Positions 48,960 through 63,810 of a stretch of 64,000 nt of DNA are shown here, piece by piece. The stretch's first letter is position 1; each line of letters begins with the position of its first letter. Origin of the DNA: the human T2T-CHM13v2.0 reference genome, Homo sapiens; the NCBI RefSeq assembly GCF_009914755.1, contig NC_060925.1; one strand, given 5' to 3'. A program made the translations under genes and the position numbers. Below the pieces are notes generated by a model that made no database searches, was not told the origin of the DNA, and saw only the letters and a program-made list of their open reading frames with translations.

Positions 48960-51370
48960 CATAAAATGCAATAAGACAAGTAAAGGAAATAAAAGATATA
49001 TAGATTGAAAAGGAAGAAATTAAACTATCTTTGCAGATGACATAATTTTTTATATACAAAATCTCAAATAATTGACCAAAAAAACCCCAGAATGAATTAC
49101 CAATTATAACAAAGCTGCAGGATACAAGGTTAATCTACAAAAATCAATTGCTTTCCTACATACAAACAATGAACAACTATAATTTGAAATTAAAAACACA
49201 ACAAGATTTATACCAAAAAATAAAATGCTTAGGAAGTTACTTAAATACTTGGATATAAACCTAACAAATACGAATATTTATAAAGAAAACAATAAAACTT
49301 TGATGAAAGAAATCAAACAAGATCTAAATAAATAAAGAAATATTCCATGTTCATGGATAGAAAGGCAATATTATCAAGATGTCATTCTTCACAACACAGC
49401 AAGTTCTTTTGTGAATATTGGCAAATGAATTCCAAAGCTTACATGAAGAGTCAAAAGACCCAGAATAGCCAACCCATTATTGAAAAAGAAGAACAAAGTT
49501 GGAGCATTGACAGTACTCAACTTCAAGACTTACTATAAAGCTACAGTAATCAAGACAGTGTGGTACTGGAAAAATAACAGGCAAATAGATCAATAAAACT
49601 GAATAGAGAGCACAGGAATAGATCTGCAGAAATATAGTCAACTGATCTTTGACAAAATAGCAAAGGCAATTCAATGGAGAAGGGGTGGTCTTTTCAATGA
49701 ATGGTGGTGAAATAACTGGATATCCACATGTAAAAAAAAAAGTCTAGACACAGACCTTACACCCTTCACAAAAATTAACTGAAAATGGATCATAGACCTA
49801 AATGTAAAACACAAAACTATAACATTTCTAGAAGATAACATTAGAGAACTCCCAGGTTATACTTTAGGTTTGGCAGTAAGTTTTTAGATTCAACACCAAA
49901 AGTATAATCCACGAAAGAAAAAAATTTGTGAGAAGAACTTTATTAAAATTAGAAAATTCTGTCTATGAAAGACACTGTTAAATAATGGAAAAAATTCCAC
50001 AAAAATTTGCAAAATGCATATCTAATAAAGGACTTATATCCAAAATATACAAAGAATGCTTAAAACTCAATAAGAAAATAAACAACTGAATTTAAAAATG
50101 GGAAAAAGATGTGCAGAATTCAAGTCACCAACGTAACATTGGCCAGGGGGCCCAGCAATCTCCACATGTACTCATTGCAGTCGTATTTAACCACTGACAT
50201 TGTGACTTTGCTTTGTGACTTTTCCTCTTCTGGGTACCGAGATGCTATAAAGGCAGCTGATAAAGATGCATTATGTGTCATAGGCTGATGCCACTACCTG
50301 ATTTGTTTACTTGCAATTTGAGCCATTTATTTAAAGACCAATAAACTTCCTTTAAAAAATGAGCAAGAGACCTTCTAAACAGACACCTCAGCAAAGAGGA
50401 TATATAGACACCAAATAAACATATGAAACAATGCTCAACATCACATATCATATGTCATTAAGGAATTATAAATTAAAACAACAAGGAGATACCACTACAC
50501 ACATATTAGAATGAGGAAAGTCCAAAACACCAACAACACCAAATGCTAGTGAGGATGTGGAGCTATAGGAACTCTCATTCATGCAAAATGAAACAGCGAT
50601 TTTGGAAGACAGTTTGGCAGTTTCTTACAAAACTAATATACTCTTACCATACAATGCAGAATGGAATACTTCCTTGGCATTCTTCGAAATGAATTGAAAA
50701 CTTATGTGCACCCAAAAACCAGCACATGGATGTTTATAGCAGCCATATTCATAATCGCCAACACTTGGAAGCAAACAAGATGCTTTTAATAGGTTAATGG
50801 ATAAACAATCTGTGATCCCTTCATACAATAGAATATTATTCAGTGCTAAAAAGAAGCCAGGAAAAGAAGTGGATGAATCTTAATTGCATGTTGCTAGCGT
50901 TAAAAGCCAATCTGAAAAATGCTGCACATTGTATGACTCCAACTATGTAACATCCTGGAAAAGGCAAAACTATAGAGAATATAAAAAGAGTAGTGGTTGC
51001 CAGCGTTTGGGTTTGGGATACAGAGGGAGGAATGAATAAGAGGAATGAATAAGCACAGAGGATTTTTAGGGCAGTGAAACTATTCTGTGTAATACAGTAA
51101 TGATGAACACATGTCATACATTTGTCAAAATTCATAGAATTGTATAATACAAAAGTGAACCCTAATATTAACTATGGACTTCAGTTAATAATAATGTATC
51201 AATATTGGTTCATCAATTGTAATAAATTTACCACACTAATGCAAAATGTAGTAATAGGGAAACTATGTGTGGGGAGGAGGGTAGAGGGAGTAAATGAGAA
51301 CTCTGTATTTCTGCTCAATTTTTCTGTAAACCTAAAACTTCTCAAAAAAGAAAGTCTATTAATTAAAAAA
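48960..51370 (+). mobile_element. L1M (L1MB/MC-like) 3' portion
   Basis: Degenerate ORF2 plus L1M 3'UTR (cagtgaaactattctgt; gtgaaccctaat; tgtaaacctaaaact). Confidence 0.85.
50110..50358 (+). pseudogene. Short retrocopy of an unidentified mRNA 3' end inserted in L1M
   Basis: Non-L1 sequence ending AATAAA (50340)-cttccttt-A6. Flanked by a duplicated target aaaaatgggaaaaaga / aaaaatgagcaagaga. Confidence 0.7.
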
Positions 51371-54300
51371 ATTGAATCAAGGGTTGTGCATGACAATAGC
51401 AGGTAATTTAGGGATGAATACAATTTGCTTGACTTAGAGCCCAACTAGCTCTGAAACTCTCTTAGAAACCAAAACACACTGGGTTTCCAAAGCTTACTGC
51501 AAATGAGAACTTTGCATACGTGGAGAAATTTTGACTAGAAAAGTCTTACTGGGGAAGATAGAGTGTCTGAGGAAGTGATCAAATTGGCTGACAGGAACTC
51601 CTCTTTCCTCATGGCCTTAATTGGTTGAGGTGGCTACCACTTGTGAAAGGAAGCTGACTGACTGCCACCTACAGCCACCTCATCCTTAGTGGTTGATATA
51701 GTTTCTTTCATAAAGTCTGGAGAGAATCTTTCTCCCACAGGTGTCACAATGCTTTGGGGTTCTTTTGAAGTTGCTCTTTGTCTTTCAGTTTTTTAAAATC
51801 CAGTACAAGTTTCCCCAGAACTAGGTCAGAGAATATCAAGATGACTCAAGCCAAAGTTGCTCCCAAGAGTCCCCATCTCCTCTGAAAATCAACCACAGTC
51901 CCAGCAAGCTCTTGGTTCTCTATCCACTCCTCCCATCACCCATTCTCAGGTTGAGCATGTGCCTCCCATCCCTCTCTCCTTCAAGTTTATCCCACAGTTT
52001 TAATTCCTGGGTCCCAAATACTTGTTAAAAATATCATTCATCTTTTACAAAGAGAGAAAGAAAAAGTATTTTAGAATGTGTCCTCTTTACTGTCTCTTGC
52101 AAAAAGCCCTAATGTTTCTCAGTGACTCTGGTCACTTCTGTGGAGATAGATTGGTCTCTTCCTTGGACCATTTCATCTCATATGAAATAAGTGATGCCAC
52201 ATTTATCTCTTTAGCCTTATATTCTTCTATGAAAAGTGGTCTTTTTTTAGCAGTAGCAAGGGATATGTTGGTGAAATTGCTTTTGGCCACTGAACATAAT
52301 GATTCAGGATACTTCTGGGTTTTTTAAAAAAATACCCTGTTATGGATTTATTATCCACTAATTAACTTACACTGAACTTAACCATGGTGTGGCTTCCTTC
52401 ATGCAATTATAAAACTCATTTCAACAATAGAAATGGAAGTGCAGTGGCCTCTCCTCATCTTGATGGACTCGGTAGGCTCCCCCAGGTGTATCAAGCTAGA
52501 GCTATTTTTCTATTTTTCTGTTTTTCTATTTTCTGATCTCTAAACCCTGCCTATTGGTCCAGAGGTTAAATTCAGAGTGATCTATAGAAACATGGCCCAG
52601 TTTCCCAAAAACATAGTTGAGATTTGGGACAGATTTCCCATGGACTGGGAACCAAGATGTAAAATCTTGTGTTTGTAAAATCAAATTTTGCAATTTGAAA
52701 TTCAAATAGGCATACAAAATCATGAAAATATAAGGATGTAGGGTGAATTTCATGTGGTTCACAGGTAGAAACAAATGGTGAAGTGAAGCAGAACCCTCAA
52801 ATAAACATTTTTTTATGAGAGAAAGAAAATGTTATGAGATAAAATATAAATGTGGTGTTGAATGAAATCCCCAAATGGAAAAGGGAGGAGAGGAGCAGAG
52901 AGGTTCTGAGGAGACAAGCCAAGATTGTGAGGCTGTGAGGGGCTGGGAACCAGCCACAAGTTCAGGCCACAGAAGAGAATGGAAGGGGTAGTAAGTACTC
53001 CACAACTTGGGCCAGCTTCTACATCAACCACTTGGCTTCGACTCCGTGTAAAAAAACCCTAGACATCATGACTATATAACCTGAGAGAATCTCCATATCT
53101 AGGTGTGTGGATTCTAGATTTTTATTTCAAAATAATCTTGGGCACTTACTCCCTGATACTGGGCTCCTTCTCTTACCTCACCCCACTGATCCCTGGGCCC
53201 AGGCTACTACAGTTGCCTCATGTCACATACAATCTGTGCTTGCCTCTGTTTAGGAGGATGCCAAAGACCATTAGGACCTAAATAAGGTTTTCTTATTAAG
53301 TAAGTAAAAAATTGGAAATAAAGAAACATTGGAGGGAAATCTGAAGTTTTCGTGTTGGGGAAGGACTGCTTCATTTCTGTGCTTCTCTGGACCCTTTCCT
53401 CTGAGATGGGGGAGGTGAACCTGAGCCTCACGTTTGTTTGGATTGTGAAGCCCCAGGGGCTTCTGAACAGACTGTTCTTGATTCTAAGGCAGGACTGCTG
53501 AGAGTGCAAAGTTCAGCCTTAAAAATAACATCTCTATCTCTCAACTGGGCAAAGGGCCTTGCACTTTGGAATGAGACAAAAGGTAACCATGGGATTTTGA
53601 ACTTGAGCAAAGAGAGGGGGATTGTGGGTTCTGGGAAGCTGCTTTTTTGGGGCTTTTTTTTTTAAAGGAGAAAAATTGACAGTTTATAAATTGGCCAACT
53701 TGCTAGCAGATAATCAGTTATTATTGTCACTTGTAGATAGTGTCCGGCAAAATAGAGAGCTGGTAAGAACTAATGATTGCTAGGGACTCTGGAACCAACC
53801 TGGTGTCTCTCCCTCAATTTCTTTTCATTTTTCACAGAGCCCATTTCAATTAAGGTAATTAAAAGGCTATTATAATTTGTGAAAGCCTGGGCAAATTATT
53901 TATATTTCTTAGTCAGTTTCCTTTCTGTAAATCGGGGCTAAAGGAGCCTTGATGTGAGAAATAAATAAGATCTGACTGTAAAAACCCTGACACATAGTAG
54001 GCATGCCATAAGTGCTAGTGCCTTCCTCTCTCCATCTCATTTATTGGCTGACTTCTTTATTCCTTTCTCTAGGTAAAGACTGACAGGTGGAAAGGTAGTA
54101 AGAATGATATGAGGAAGGTCTACCTACTGATTTGTCCCGATAAAAGAGAAAGATTTATTTAATAAATGTTCACTGAGCGCTTTTCATGTGAATGTGCATG
54201 CTGGGCAGTAGGGAAATGATGAAATTGTACATTATACATTTGATGCCCTCAAGGAGTTTTTAGAGTAGTAGAGAGGCTGAGACAAGATTAGATAAGGGTT

Positions 54301-56729
54301 CTATAAACTGGTAAATAAGAAGCACTCTGGGAACGGGTAGGAAATGTAAAGTCATTTCTGGTTGGATTCATCGTGGTGTTGGGAACAGAATGGAAGCAGC
54401 ACTAACAGTGCTTCTCAAGTGCCGACAGCGTGATGAAGAGCATGCGTGTATGATCTTATGCAATACTCACAGCAATTCTGTGTAGTACACATTCTTAGAT
54501 TCATTTTACATGTTAGGAAATCGAGGCTAAGTTAAGGAACTTATCTGAGATCAAGTAATTAGTAAATGGTAGAGTTGGGGCTCTAAACCAGTTATCTGAC
54601 TTCTTAACTCTTTTTCCCTATCCCACATTGCTTCAAAGTATTAGGGACAAAAGATAATTCTAGACAAAATGACCACTGTTCATAGGTGGAGATGGAAGAG
54701 GGTTCTTTCTTTTGCAGGTGAGGGAAGAACATGAAGAAAGTCCTGAAGCAGGACAATTTATTCTCACTTTTGGCTATGTGATCTTTTCAAAGCAGTATTT
54801 CCATGAGGCAGATCCATCAAACAATTAGATGTATTGTACCATGAGGGCAATTTAGGAGCAATGTAGGGCTTATATAGAAATGCCACTGATTAATTACAAA
54901 AATGGAGAGGACTTCTGCTTGGTACAGTCACCTGAAAGCCAAATCCCAATTCTGGCTCTGCCATTGACTTCCTGCAGTTCCAAGGCTCTAGGAATAGCGA
55001 CTGTCCTCACGTGTCTCAGCTACCTTCCTCTTTGTAGTCATCTAGGCATCAAATGAAAGGCTTTTTTTTTTTTTTTTAAAGAAATCTTGTTGAATTGTCT
55101 CCATATTGTTGCTCTGTTCAGACTCCAGGGACACAGAGTTTCTGGGCAATCTGGAGCTTCTCCAGGAATGCTAACCTTCTCTGAAGGGGGTTGCTCTGAA
55201 GAGGCGAAATGCTTGCCTTTCAAAAATACATCCTTAGGGAGGCTATCAGCTGCTTCATTTTTGCACAGTCAGGGAAATTTTATCCTCTGGTAAGGGATTT
55301 GAGAACAGTTGGCTGTGGTTGCCTAAAAGACTCCACAAGGACAAATGTCCAGAGCACAGTCACCCCCATTACCCAGAGGCCAAGGTCTCTTTGTTTATAC
55401 CTCTTGTAGCTTTTCCTGCATTCCTGTCCTGTCTGTCCCAATCTTATACCCTGTTCTGAGTCTAGAGAGAGTCACAGTCATTGGAAGTGACTCCTATAAG
55501 AAGCCAATATGTGGTGTAACTTCTTCCTTCATTCATTAATTTGTTAGTTTGTTCATTCATTTTAGGAGAATTTTCTATTGTTAAGAAACACTTGTTACAT
55601 AACATCAATGTTTTCCTAACTATGAGTCATAAAGAGGATACTAGCTGCCTTTGTTTTGTTCCTACAAAGACACATGAAAATAGGGTTTCTAAAAAATTAA
55701 GTACTTTGACAAATGGCATTTTTTGCCCCCTTACCCCAATCAAGTGGTTGGAACCCATTTACTGTGGAAATTTTTGACACTAAAGGTGAACCAGTTTTAA
55801 TCTTAACTCTTCCCTCAAGACCCGTGAAAGATCAAAGAGGAATTTAGAGAATTTAAACACCAATGGTTCAGGTCCATGTGTGCAGCTGGAATCCACCTCT
55901 ATCTGGTATCCACTAGGAATAGAGTCTCCTTCTGGCAAACTCACTCTTCTGAAGGCTGTGGATTGGTCTAGTTTGGGTTGTGGGTGGGTCTGAAGATACA
56001 AGTCACCTGGGACATCTTTCTCAGTCTCTATGTCTCCATCAATCAAATGATAGCATCATATAGTGTTTATATATTAATAAAAGTTTTGTTCCTTATTATG
56101 TCATTAATCCTACCTCAAGTAGATTAGGATATATAATATCCTAGATGTAATAAAGACTGTGAAGAGGGTTCATCAAGAACTTCATTACCAATGGTGTATC
56201 AGGTAGAAAGAGAGCATCCCCTGAAGGGGATAAGGGAGATTTTATACTCATGTATCAAACCAAATGTCAGCCAGAATACCAGCATGAAACAGGAATGACT
56301 CAGTGGAGTGAGCAGGCCCCAGACAAATGTGTAAAATAGCTGCGGTTGCCTTTTGATATCTTCCATGCTCCTTGTTTCTGCCTTTCTCTCATTCCAACTT
56401 TAACAGTACTGTCACTAGCCCATACTCATCTCTCTCTCCCTCTCTGTCTCTCTTTTTCTTTATCAAATCTCCAATATCCAGACATGATCTGAAATGTATT
56501 CCCTCTAGGGGCTAGAAGTGACTCAATTTGATATTTCACTCATGAGACATTGAATGTAATAAAAAAAGGATGGAGGTCTAAATATGGACTTTTATACATC
56601 TGGGAGCTGAGTGGAAGTGTCTTAAGGGATGAGAGCTTTGTGGAGACACTGGAGTCAAGTGATATAGGTGATTTAATTTACCCTGTTAGACTTCTCAGCA
56701 GCATATGACATGTTGACAACCTCCCTGTT

Positions 56730-57822
<1,093 letters not shown>

Positions 57823-57849
57823 GGGTGACAACTGCCTTTTTTAAGAAGC

Positions 57850-59640
57850 CCTCTCCTGTCTTGGATTTTCTGTCATCATCCTTTCCTGCTCCCTCCATTT
57901 CACTGTCCAAAGCATCTCATATCTCTTTGTTCTTCTCTAAACAGCTTTAAATATTGCTGTTCCTAAGGGATTATTCTCAGGCCCTCTTTATTTCTTTCTC
58001 TAAACTCTCCCCCTAGGTTGCCTTGTCTATTATCAAGGCTTTAAACACCTTCTTTATGCAGATGTCTTCCAAATTTTTATATCCATCCCTCTGAGCTCCA
58101 GACTTACCTAAAAGTTTACTTGACATGTCCAAGTTAAAACAGCTAAGTCAAAACTCTTTATTTTTTTTACTCTTACAACTAATTTCTCGTCTCTACCAGT
58201 CTTCCTTAGCTTAATAAATGTCAGTGCCACCCACCTGGTTTGTTATTAAGAGCCATCTTTCATTCCTCTCTTTTCCTCACCGGCTATATCTGCTGCATAA
58301 TTGATATGGTTTGGCTGTGTCCCCACCCAAATCTCATCTAGAAATGTAGCTTCCATAATTCCCACGTGTTGTGGGAGGGACCGAGTGGGGGATAATTGAA
58401 TCATAGAGGTGATTTCACCCATACTGTTCTTGTGGTAGTGAATGAGTCTCATGAGATTTGATGGTTTTTATAAGGGGTTTCCCCTTCCACTTGGCTCTCA
58501 TTCTCTCTTGCCTGCTACCATGTAAGATGTGCCTTTGCTCCTCCTTTGCCTTCTGCCATGATTGTGAGGCCTCTCCAGCCATGTTGAACTATGAGTCCAT
58601 TAAACCTCTTTTTCTTTATAAAATACCTAGTCTCAGGTATTTTTTCTTAGCAGTATGAAAATGGACTAATACAATCATCAAGTCCTAAATTCTACTACCA
58701 AAGTACATCTGAAATCCAGCAGCTTTTCTCTGTCTCCATTGCCACCATCCTAATTTATGCCACTGTTGTTTCTCCCCTAGACCTCTGCAATAGCCGCCTT
58801 CCTTATTACACCAAATAAGATTATATAAAAAGCAAAAGTGTAGTGGTTTAGAGTGAATACTCTGGAGAGATACAACCTAGGTTTGAATCCTGCCTCTGCC
58901 TATTACTAAATATGTGAATTTAAGCAAGTTACTTAAGTTTTCTGTGCTGCAATTGCTTCAGCTACAAAATGATGAGAATAATAGCACCTGCCTTAATATT
59001 AAGTGTATTTTTTCCATTTGATTAAATTAGTTTTTTAAATGAGAAGAATTGTGCCTAACATAGAAAACTCTTATTAATATGTAAATAAAATCATGTTATT
59101 CAGTGCTTAAAACCCTTTAGTGGCTTCTCATGTACTTGACATAAAATTCAAGCTTCAAATCAGAACCTCTAGGTCCCATGTGACCTGGCCCTGCCTCCAC
59201 CCTGACCTCAACTCTGTTCACTCTCCCTCTCTCATTGTACTCCAGACACACAGGGCTTCTCTCAGCTTCCCAGACATGCTAAGCTCTTTGCTGTCTCAAA
59301 GGCTTCTCTCTTTCTATTCCATCTACCTAGAACCTCCTCCAATTCCTGATTCCTTTGCCTATTTCAGATTCAGCCTAAATAACACATCTTGTTAGCAACT
59401 TTCTCTGGCCATGTTATTTAAGGCAGGTTGCCTTCTTTTGTACTAGAGCTATTTTGTTTTGTTCATATCACTTACTATGTTATTTAGTAATTTCATTTGT
59501 TGTTGTTTTCTGCCATCCTCACCAAAATGCAAGTTCTGTGAATCCAGTGGCATGAATATTGTGCTCATTGTTGGATCACTGGTACCTAACACAGTGCATT
59601 GCACATAAGTGCTCATAAATATTTACTGAATGAATGAAAT
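57850..59640 (+). mobile_element. L2 remnant interrupted by THE1 and MIR (58835-59060)
   Basis: L2 3' motifs and terminal aaatatttactgaatgaatgaa at ~59620. Confidence 0.7.
58302..58673 (+). mobile_element. THE1 solo LTR
   Basis: tgatatggtttggctgtgtccccacccaaatctcatc...aatggactaataca. 5-bp TSD ataat/atcat. Confidence 0.92.
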
Positions 59641-61264
59641 GAACAATTGCTAGGCCAGTCTTGACTTCCAGAAGAAAGTCAAGTATAAGCCAGAATTTAA
59701 GCTCTGCAGGATGTACCAAATAATACACGAACAAGTACTGGCCACCTGAGTTGCTTTGGTATTTGGTAAAACAAGCAATATGGTGGTAGTTGTCAGCCTA
59801 GTAGAGGAGAAATTCTGAATATGGAGACAGAAGTCCTGGGCTCTTTGTCCAGGATCTGATACTAACCATCTTTGTGACCTTGAACAGGCTCAACACATCT
59901 CAGAAACTCACTCTCTCACTGGAGAATGAAAGTGGTTGAAATAAGCAACCCCTAAGGTTCCCTCCAGCATAACATTTGTTCTGGATGCAACATTTCTCCA
60001 TAGAGAAGATAAAATCAGCACATAATTTGGTTCTCACGTTGGAGATAAATGAATTTTAGGAGAATTAAGAAATCATCCACAGATGCTAGGATAGATTCTC
60101 CTTAGAGTATTTTAAATACGTGAGAATTTATCCATTAGATAATTATTTATTGATCCCTGTGTGCTCTCTGGAGTCATGCCCACTGTTACCTTGCCTAAAT
60201 GCAGCTCCTCTACTTTTTCTTTGTTTGCACAGCTCACAATTTAAGCAATATTTCACTACACACACACACACACAAAGACAGATACACACACGTGTATGCA
60301 GTCATACAAACACACATTTTCTTTAACTCTAAGCTTTTATTCTTGCCTTGTTTCCTAGAAAATCCTCTCTTCTATCAATTTATTAAGAAAAAATATCCCC
60401 AGTCCTGTTAGATAAGGATTATTGGGTTATAATTTTACCAAGAAAGGGAAGGCACATTTTCCACAACTTCTGTCCCACTCATCTCCAAAGCCCTTGAGTG
60501 TGCCCAGGGCCCTGCTAACAACTTCTATAAAAGTCTCTATCCACTTCTTCCTCTCTCATGCATTCAAACACTTTTTCACATTTTAAAAACAATTTTAAAA
60601 TATGTTTGACTTAGCTAGTAATTCACATTATTATTATGATATTAAGATTAATATTCAAATGATATAATTTTTATATATTTTGTAATGTGATTATACAGTG
60701 TTTTAGTTACATTTGGAAATAATGAGCTCTCTTAGGTTTGGTAAGCCTCCATGCACCATTTCTTATTGTCCAAATTCTACCTGTTCTTCCAGAACCAACT
60801 CACGTGCTGCCTCCACCATAAACCTTGCTTTATTTCTTTGTCAGGAAGTAACCTACCCTTCCTTTGAACTCCTGTAGCACTTTATTCATTCATTTGTTTA
60901 TCTATCCATTTACTCATTCACTCATTCACTGTTCATTACTATCTCATTACATAGTAGGTGGTAAATATCTACTATGTGTAAATAAAAATCTCTTCTCTCG
61001 TGGAGTTTATAATTTAATGGAGGAGACAGACAAAAATGTGTACATATTATATTAGATAGTGATATGTTAGATGGTGATATGTTTCATGAAAACATAAGGC
61101 AGGATTATTATTTTCATGAAAAATAAGGCAGGATAAGGTTATAGATAGTTTTGACATAAGGGGGTAGCCTCAAGGAGAAATGTTCTTTAATCAGAGACCT
61201 GTCAGGAGTGAGGGAGTAGGCTGGAAGACAGGTACAGGGGAAGAAAATTTTAAGTGGAAGGCCA

Positions 61265-62700
61265 GTATTTTAGTCTATTGGGGCTACTATAACAAAATAC
61301 TTTAGACTGCGTAACTTAAAAACAACAGAAATTTCTCACAGTTCTAGATGCTGGGAAGTCCAAGAAAACATCGGCAGACTCAATGTCCAGTGAGGGCCTC
61401 CTTTCTTGTTCATAGGTGACTCGTTTTCTCTGTGCCCTCACATGGTAGAAAGGATGAGGTAGTTCTCTGAGGCCTCTTTCATAAAGGCACTAATCCCATG
61501 CATGGGGACTCAACCCTAACCACTTCATAAAGGCCCCACCTCTTTTTTAATTTTTTAAAAATTTTTTTATTATACTTTAAGTTCTGGGGTACATGTGCAG
61601 AATGTGCAGTTTTATTACATAGGTATACATGTGCCATGGTGGTTTGCTGCACCCATCGACCTGTCACCTACATTAGGTATTTCTCCTAATGCTATCCCTT
61701 CTCTAGACCCCCACCCCATGACAGGCTCTGGTATGTGATGTTCCCCTCCCTGTGTCCATGTGTTCTCATTGCTCAACTCCTACTTATGAGTGAGAACATG
61801 TAGTGTTTGGTTTTCTGTTCTTGTGTTAGCTTGCTGAGAATGATGGTTTCCAGCCTCATCCATGTTCCTGCAAAGGACTTAAACTCACCTATTTTTATGA
61901 AGGCCTCACCTCTTAATACTATTGCATTGGGGATTCAGTTTGACCATATGAATTTTGGGGGAATATAAACATGCAGACCATAGCATCCCACCTGTAGGCC
62001 CCTAAAATTTTATCATTTTCCCATAAAAAGTACATTCATTCCATCCCAATAGGCCCCCAAATCTTAACTCATTCCAGCATCAATAGTTCAAGTCCAAAGT
62101 CTCATGCGAATATCATTTAAATCAGATATGGGTGAGACTCAAAGGTGTGATTCATCCTAAGGCAAATCTCCTCCAGCTATGAGTTTATGAAATCAAACAA
62201 GTTAGGTGCTTTCAAAATATAATGTTATGACAGGCCTAGGACAGACATTCCCATTGCAAAAGGAAAAAACAGGAAAGAAAATGGATAATAGGTCCTGACC
62301 AAGTCTAAAACTGAAGAGGGCAAATGTTACATCTTAAGGCTTCAAAATAATCTTCTTTGACTGGAATTCCCATCTTCCAGACACACTGGCTGGGGTTGGG
62401 TGCTTAAATTTCCAGTAGCATCCATAGCTTTGCTGGGTACAGCCCATGCTGCAGTTGTCATGGGTAGAAGTCTGGTGCCTTTGGTTCTCTTAGGCTGGAG
62501 TTGCATGCTGGTGGCTTTAACAGTCTATGGTGTTGGAGGTTGTCCTGCCCTCATTAGGCGTTGTCCTAATAGGGGCTATCAGTAATGACCCACTCCTGTG
62601 GCAGGCCATTCTGTGCCTGGGCCCTGCTGCTCTCTGGGACATCCTTCCAAACCTAGGGAGGCAGCCATATCCCCACAGCTTGTGTACTTTGCAGACTGCA
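61265..62700 (-). mobile_element. MLT1A-like LTR (61265-61985) plus adjacent MaLR internal sequence
   Basis: LTR ends ...cagaccatagca, followed by tcccacc (PPT side) and MaLR-int motifs. Confidence 0.8.
61545..61899 (-). mobile_element. L1PA 3' end inserted in the MLT1A LTR
   Basis: ttattatactttaagttctggggtacatgtgcag. 15-bp TSD aaggcc(c/t)cacctctt at 61530 and 61900. Confidence 0.92.
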
Positions 62701-63810
62701 CTTTGTGCTAGATTCCTCCTTTCTGGGCAGGGAAAGTCAGCAGCCCAAGTCAGGGGCTCATAGATAAAACTCCCATCTCCCTGGGACAGAGCACTTGGGG
62801 GAAGGAGCAGCTGTGGGCCCAGCTTTAGCAGACTTAAACGTTCCTGCTTTTTGGCTCTGAAGAGAGCAGCAGATATCCCAGCACAGTGCTTGAGCTCTGC
62901 TAAAGGACAGACTGCCTCCTCAAGTGGATCCCTGACCCCCATGCCTATTGACTGGGAGACACCCCCAGCAGGGGTTGACAGACACCTCATACAGAAGAGC
63001 TATGGGTGGCATCTGGAAGGGGCCCCTCTGGGACAAAGCTTCCAGAGGAAGGAACAGGTGTCAATCTTTGCTGTTCTGCAGCCTCTGCTCCAGGCAAACA
63101 GGGTCTGGAGTGGACCTCCAGCAAACTCCAGCAGACCTGCAGCAGAGGGGCCTGACTGTTAGAAGGAAAACTAACAAATAGAAAGGAATAGCATCAACAT
63201 CAACAAAAAGGACATCACTGAAAAACCCCATCTGAAGGTCACCAACATCAAAGACCAAAGGTAGATAAATCCATGAAGTTGACAAAAAATCAGCACAAAA
63301 AGGCTGAAAATTCCAAAAACCAGAATGCCTCTTCTCCTCCAAAGGATCACAACCCCTCGCCAACAAGTGAACAAAACTGGACGGAGAATGAGTTTGATAA
63401 ATTGACAGAAGTAGGCTTCAGAAGGTGGGTAATAACAAACCCCACTGAGCTAAAGGAGTATGTTCTAACCCAATGTAAGGAAGCTGAGAACCTTGAAAAA
63501 AGGTTAGAGGAATTGCTAACTAGAATATCCAGTTTAGAGAAGAACATAAATGACCTGTGGAGCTGAAAAACACAGCACGAGAACTTCATGAAGCATAAAC
63601 AAGTATTAATAGCCAAACCGACCAAGCAGAAGAAAGGATATCAGAGATTGAAGATCGACTTAATGAAATAAAGTTTCATTTTATGAAACTTTATAAACTT
63701 TATTCATTTTCTCTAATGAAATGAATGAAAAAAGAATGAAAAGGAATGAACAAAGCTGCCAAGAAATATGGGACTATGTGAAAAGACCAAACGTACGTTT
63801 GATTGATGTA
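62700..63810 (+). mobile_element. L1PA 5'UTR-ORF1 fragment, joined to an inverted older L1 5'UTR piece (63810-64000)
   Basis: ORF1 N-terminus KKAENSKNQNASSPPKDHN..ENEFDKLTEVGFRRWV and EQSCQEIWDYVKRPN. Confidence 0.88.

Noticed and set aside
56125-56143. Hairpin taggatat-ata-atatccta
   Set aside because: An 8-bp AT-rich stem is expected by chance in 64 kb.
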